Assembly (NCBI GenBank): GCA_964016885.1
Contig: OZ024752.1
Location: 17,918,001-17,982,000 of the forward strand
Length of the DNA: 64,000 nt
Origin: Eledone cirrhosa
Taxonomy: Eukaryota
Direction: 5' to 3'
Of the stretch, positions 56,738-64,000 are shown in pieces. A program made the position numbers and the translations under genes. Position 1 is the stretch's first letter. Each line of letters opens with the position of its first letter. Below the pieces are notes generated by a model. The model made no database searches. It was not told where the DNA came from and saw only the letters and a list, made by a program, of their open reading frames with translations.

Positions 56738-57885
56738 GAAAAGAAGACTTTGGGATTGAGTTTGATTTTCTCAATGATCCAGTCCTCTTCAGCTGCTCTT
56801 TGATTGTTGATGATGGACATCATGCTGTTTTGGGGGTTGTGTTATATAATGTGATGTAATGGCAGTCAAATGTGTGTGTTGCTGTTGGTAGTATTTCAGT
56901 TTGTTGATTTCTTTGTTAATTCTTTTAATTTTTCTGATAAGTGTTCTTCTATTTCTAGGGATTCTGCACTTAGATTTGTTTACAGATCTTAATGGGGATT
57001 TGTTTTGCACATATCTTTGTTACAGTGTCTACAAATGTCTGCCATGATCTTTTTATGTTAATGAGTGTGTGTGTGCGTGAAAATCCAATTGACATGTGCA
57101 AGATCATGATTGAAGATCTATGGTTTCAAATGGATGAACTGGAGAGATGTTATTGGGTTTGCTTTTTGGATGGAGGAATCTGCGATCACAGAGAACCATG
57201 TCATGGTCTGAGAGTAGAGTTTTTTTCCACTGCATTATTGTGGATAGTGTTAGTGTGGTTACTGAATATTAGGTCCAAGACGTTTTTGTGGTATCTTGTT
57301 GGTTCGAGCACAAGTTGGGACAGGAAAAACTCATCCATGAAGTCAAGAAGCGATTCTACTGCCTCTTTGTCAGGGGTTGAGGTGGAAAAACCTGGTATCA
57401 AGCTATTTGTGGACTAGTCAACACCAGGGAGGTTGAAGTCCCCCATCATTAAGATGTTGCCAGGGTGACACTGTTGGATGAACACTTTATGCTTTGAGGT
57501 GTTCCTTGAAGCATAGTAGAGGCGTTTAAGGTGGCCTATTGAGCCAAACTACTATTAAGATGTTAGTTTTACTGTACACAGAGACTGCTTCACAGTATCC
57601 ATTGCAAAATAAGTTCTTAGCCTCTGTCGAAAAAGATTCACATACAAAACTGGCTGTCCCGTCCTTTCTTCTGCCAGCACGATCTGCACGGATAGCTTTG
57701 AAATTTTTCCCTTTCACCTCGGCTTCCAAGTGGAGGTTACTGAGATGAGTCTCGGTGAGGACGAAGAAAGGGATGTGGTTAGGATGGTCATTAAGCCAAT
57801 CCTCAATAAACTGGATCTTCCATCTTTTAGTATTGGTGGAAGGGCTGAAACCTTCTGTATTAAACAAAAATGTTGAGGCTAAAGT
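56738..57885 (-). mobile_element. CR1/Jockey-type LINE APE-endonuclease fragment, decayed
   Basis: FVLTETHL, RADR, MGDFNLP, EPTR..NVLDLIFSN, NPKVFF. Confidence 0.8.
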
Positions 57886-58036
57886 GATGGCTGATTTTGA
57901 TTGTTTTGGGAGTTTGTTTGTTAATGGTAGCAGTGGGAGTTTGTGCAGTGGGGTGGTAGTGGTGGGTGGTGTTGGGTGAAGGCTAGAATGTTTTTTGTAG
58001 TTCTTTTGCCAGATTCGTTATGGCTAAAAAAGTGTA

Positions 58037-61881
<3,845 letters not shown>

Positions 61882-62269
61882 TTTTGCCACAAAAAGGATT
61901 TAGAGTTACTGAAATACCAATTCTCTCTTCAGCAGAGACTTCCAGATTGAGGGAAATGGAGAAAAGGGGTTTCATTGATTCTATTACGGGAAAGCAGCCA
62001 ACCAACTATATTGTGGGCCCATGAAGGATGAGAAAGAAGGATGACATTGGTGGGATTCAAAGTTAAAACGTACCGGGCCGTAAAGCATTTAGTTTGACAC
62101 CTTAATGCTCCTATTTATTCGATTATCTTTGTGAAAGTCCTCAAGGACTAGCTGATTTGGATGTTTCTATGTGGTTGTTTGGGCTGCATTATATAGTTGT
62201 CAGAAGTTGCTGGAATCTTGGAGAAGGGTACATTGCCAAAGGGTTAATTTGTCTAGGGTGTTAATTTTA

Positions 62270-63262
62270 AAGTGTGCCAGCTTCAGTTTAGTCCGAATTG
62301 GATGCATTTAGAAGGGGGTCGTATTTAACGATTAAGTGTGATGTAGGAAGCGTTGTTTTTAAATTTGTAGAGGGGAAAGATTCTGAAATTGGGTTGTTCA
62401 TTAGAAGCGCAGGTCGCAGTATGTTCACTCAGTGCTATCTTTCTGTATTCCCAGATTTTAATTTGGGATCTATAGGCGGTCATACGTTGGCGGAGGCTAT
62501 TTTTAGTCTGTCCTATGTAGTGCTCTCGACAACCTGAGCAAGTCAACGCATAAATCAGGTTTTCTGATGCACATGTTAAATTTCACTTAACTGTAAAGTG
62601 TTGTCCCTGTTTGAAGTGGAACTCTGATTCCTCTATTAGATTGATATATATATATACCACAGTTGGGTCTTCCGCATTTTTTTTTACTGTAGGATTAATT
62701 GTGGGGGTCGGCTGGACTTTGGCCTGTGTAAGTTTTTTTTTATTGATTTAGGTTGTCTTTTGCTCTTTATGATGTGCGTTTGAAGGATTTGATTCATTCT
62801 TAAGTCTCTTTTTAGTAAAGGTATGTTGTGGAGGATGGTATTGAATGCCCTATTGTTAAGGGAGTTGTGTATGGTAGAGTGTTCAGTTCCGAATCATTCC
62901 TTGGTTTGGGGTGTCTAAGTTCCTGGATGTTGAGTTTTAGGGCACGTTGGAATCCATTGTTGATTAGGGATGGTGGGTAATTCCTGCTAATAAGTGTGTT
63001 CTTTAATTCTTCTAGTCGTATGTAGATTGTGTATTTATCATATACTATTGTGCAGATCCTTTTGGCTAGGTTGTAAGGAATGCTCATTTTGGTGTGTCTA
63101 GGATGGCATGAGTTGAATGGGAGATACTGTTTGGAGTCTGTGGGTTTATAGTAAATGTCTGTTTCTATTTTGATGTTGGTTTTCTTGATAAGAGGAAAGG
63201 AAGTAGTTCATGACTGTATTCCATTGTAAATTGAATGGTAATGTTGAGTCCGTTTAGAAGTG
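62270..63262 (-). mobile_element. Neptune-type PLE remnant (RT thumb plus GIY-YIG), decayed
   Basis: YYKPTDSKQYLPFNSCHP, SIPYNLAKRIC, RNYP, NLIYALTCSGCREHYIGQT. Confidence 0.82.
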
Positions 63263-64000
63263 TTTTAAATTCAATAAGTCTTTCTTATATATATACACAT
63301 TCAAATATATATTTTGTATCTGTCTATATATATTATTTTATTGCCCGATATTTATACAGCCTCCATACTAAATACCATTCACTTGACGGGTCAACAACAC
63401 CACCATTACAACAATAGGCGAATCTACAAATATTATTGGAATTTTACATCTTGATTATTAAAAATTCTAAGCGTTTTTAAAATGAATAATTAAAAGTTTT
63501 TAACATTCTTAAGATTCAAATTTTGAACTAATTTTTCAAATAAAATGTGTTGTTTGTCTTCACTTCTTTGAAAACAAGAAGTTGCTACCACGGTTGTTAT
63601 ATCTAAATCCTACCACTCCTCTACGTCTTTTCTTAATTTTATCATTAGCGGCAGACGACCAGTCATTACAACTGGCTTTATTTTATTTAACTTTGTCTTG
63701 TTTATTTAAACTCTTTCTTTATAAACCCTTCTATAACGTTTTATTAACTTTGTTCATCGTAAACATCAGTTGCTTTTCTACCTTTACTCGCTTACTCTTT
63801 GAAATTTTCAACATTAAAAAACGCCCACAGTTGTTTGGGAGAAACTTTCGAAATTGGCGAGAATTTTAAGAAACTGATGTCGCTAAATCGTCAACTTGTT
63901 TACCTGCTGTTGCATCATGGGAGAGGTTAGGGTTCAATTTTTTTTTTTTAAGGAAGCCAAGTTTCTTAATTTATTCCCCAGCAACGTGTTTGGTGTTTTA

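Noticed and set aside
63920-63935. Telomeric repeat GGTTAGGGTT
   Set aside because: A single unit is expected by chance.
63400-64000. Host gene promoter or first exon
   Set aside because: The sequence looks unique but has no supportable ORF, splice pattern or motif.

Overview
Eukaryotic, repeat-saturated window with no host gene that I can support. The SINE family and the microsatellite landscape suggest an animal, most plausibly a cephalopod (inference). Bases 1-17.3 kb are a 36-bp satellite with higher-order structure. The rest is nested, decayed mobile DNA set in (TA)n/(TATG)n tracts: an RTE-type LINE, an internally deleted Helitron, a Ty3/gypsy remnant, CR1/Jockey-type endonuclease fragments, tRNA-derived SINEs and many Penelope-like elements (PLEs; Naiad-type and Neptune-type). 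The main observation is a dense set of about 13 type-I hammerhead ribozyme (HHR) motifs from about 8 distinct sequence families. Several have a roughly 90-nt base-paired stem II and a non-canonical 10.1/11.1 position. Most sit in foldback (inverted-repeat) units, including two small non-coding elements whose inverted arm begins at or near the predicted self-cleavage site. All pairings and coordinates were read by eye and are approximate to a few bases.
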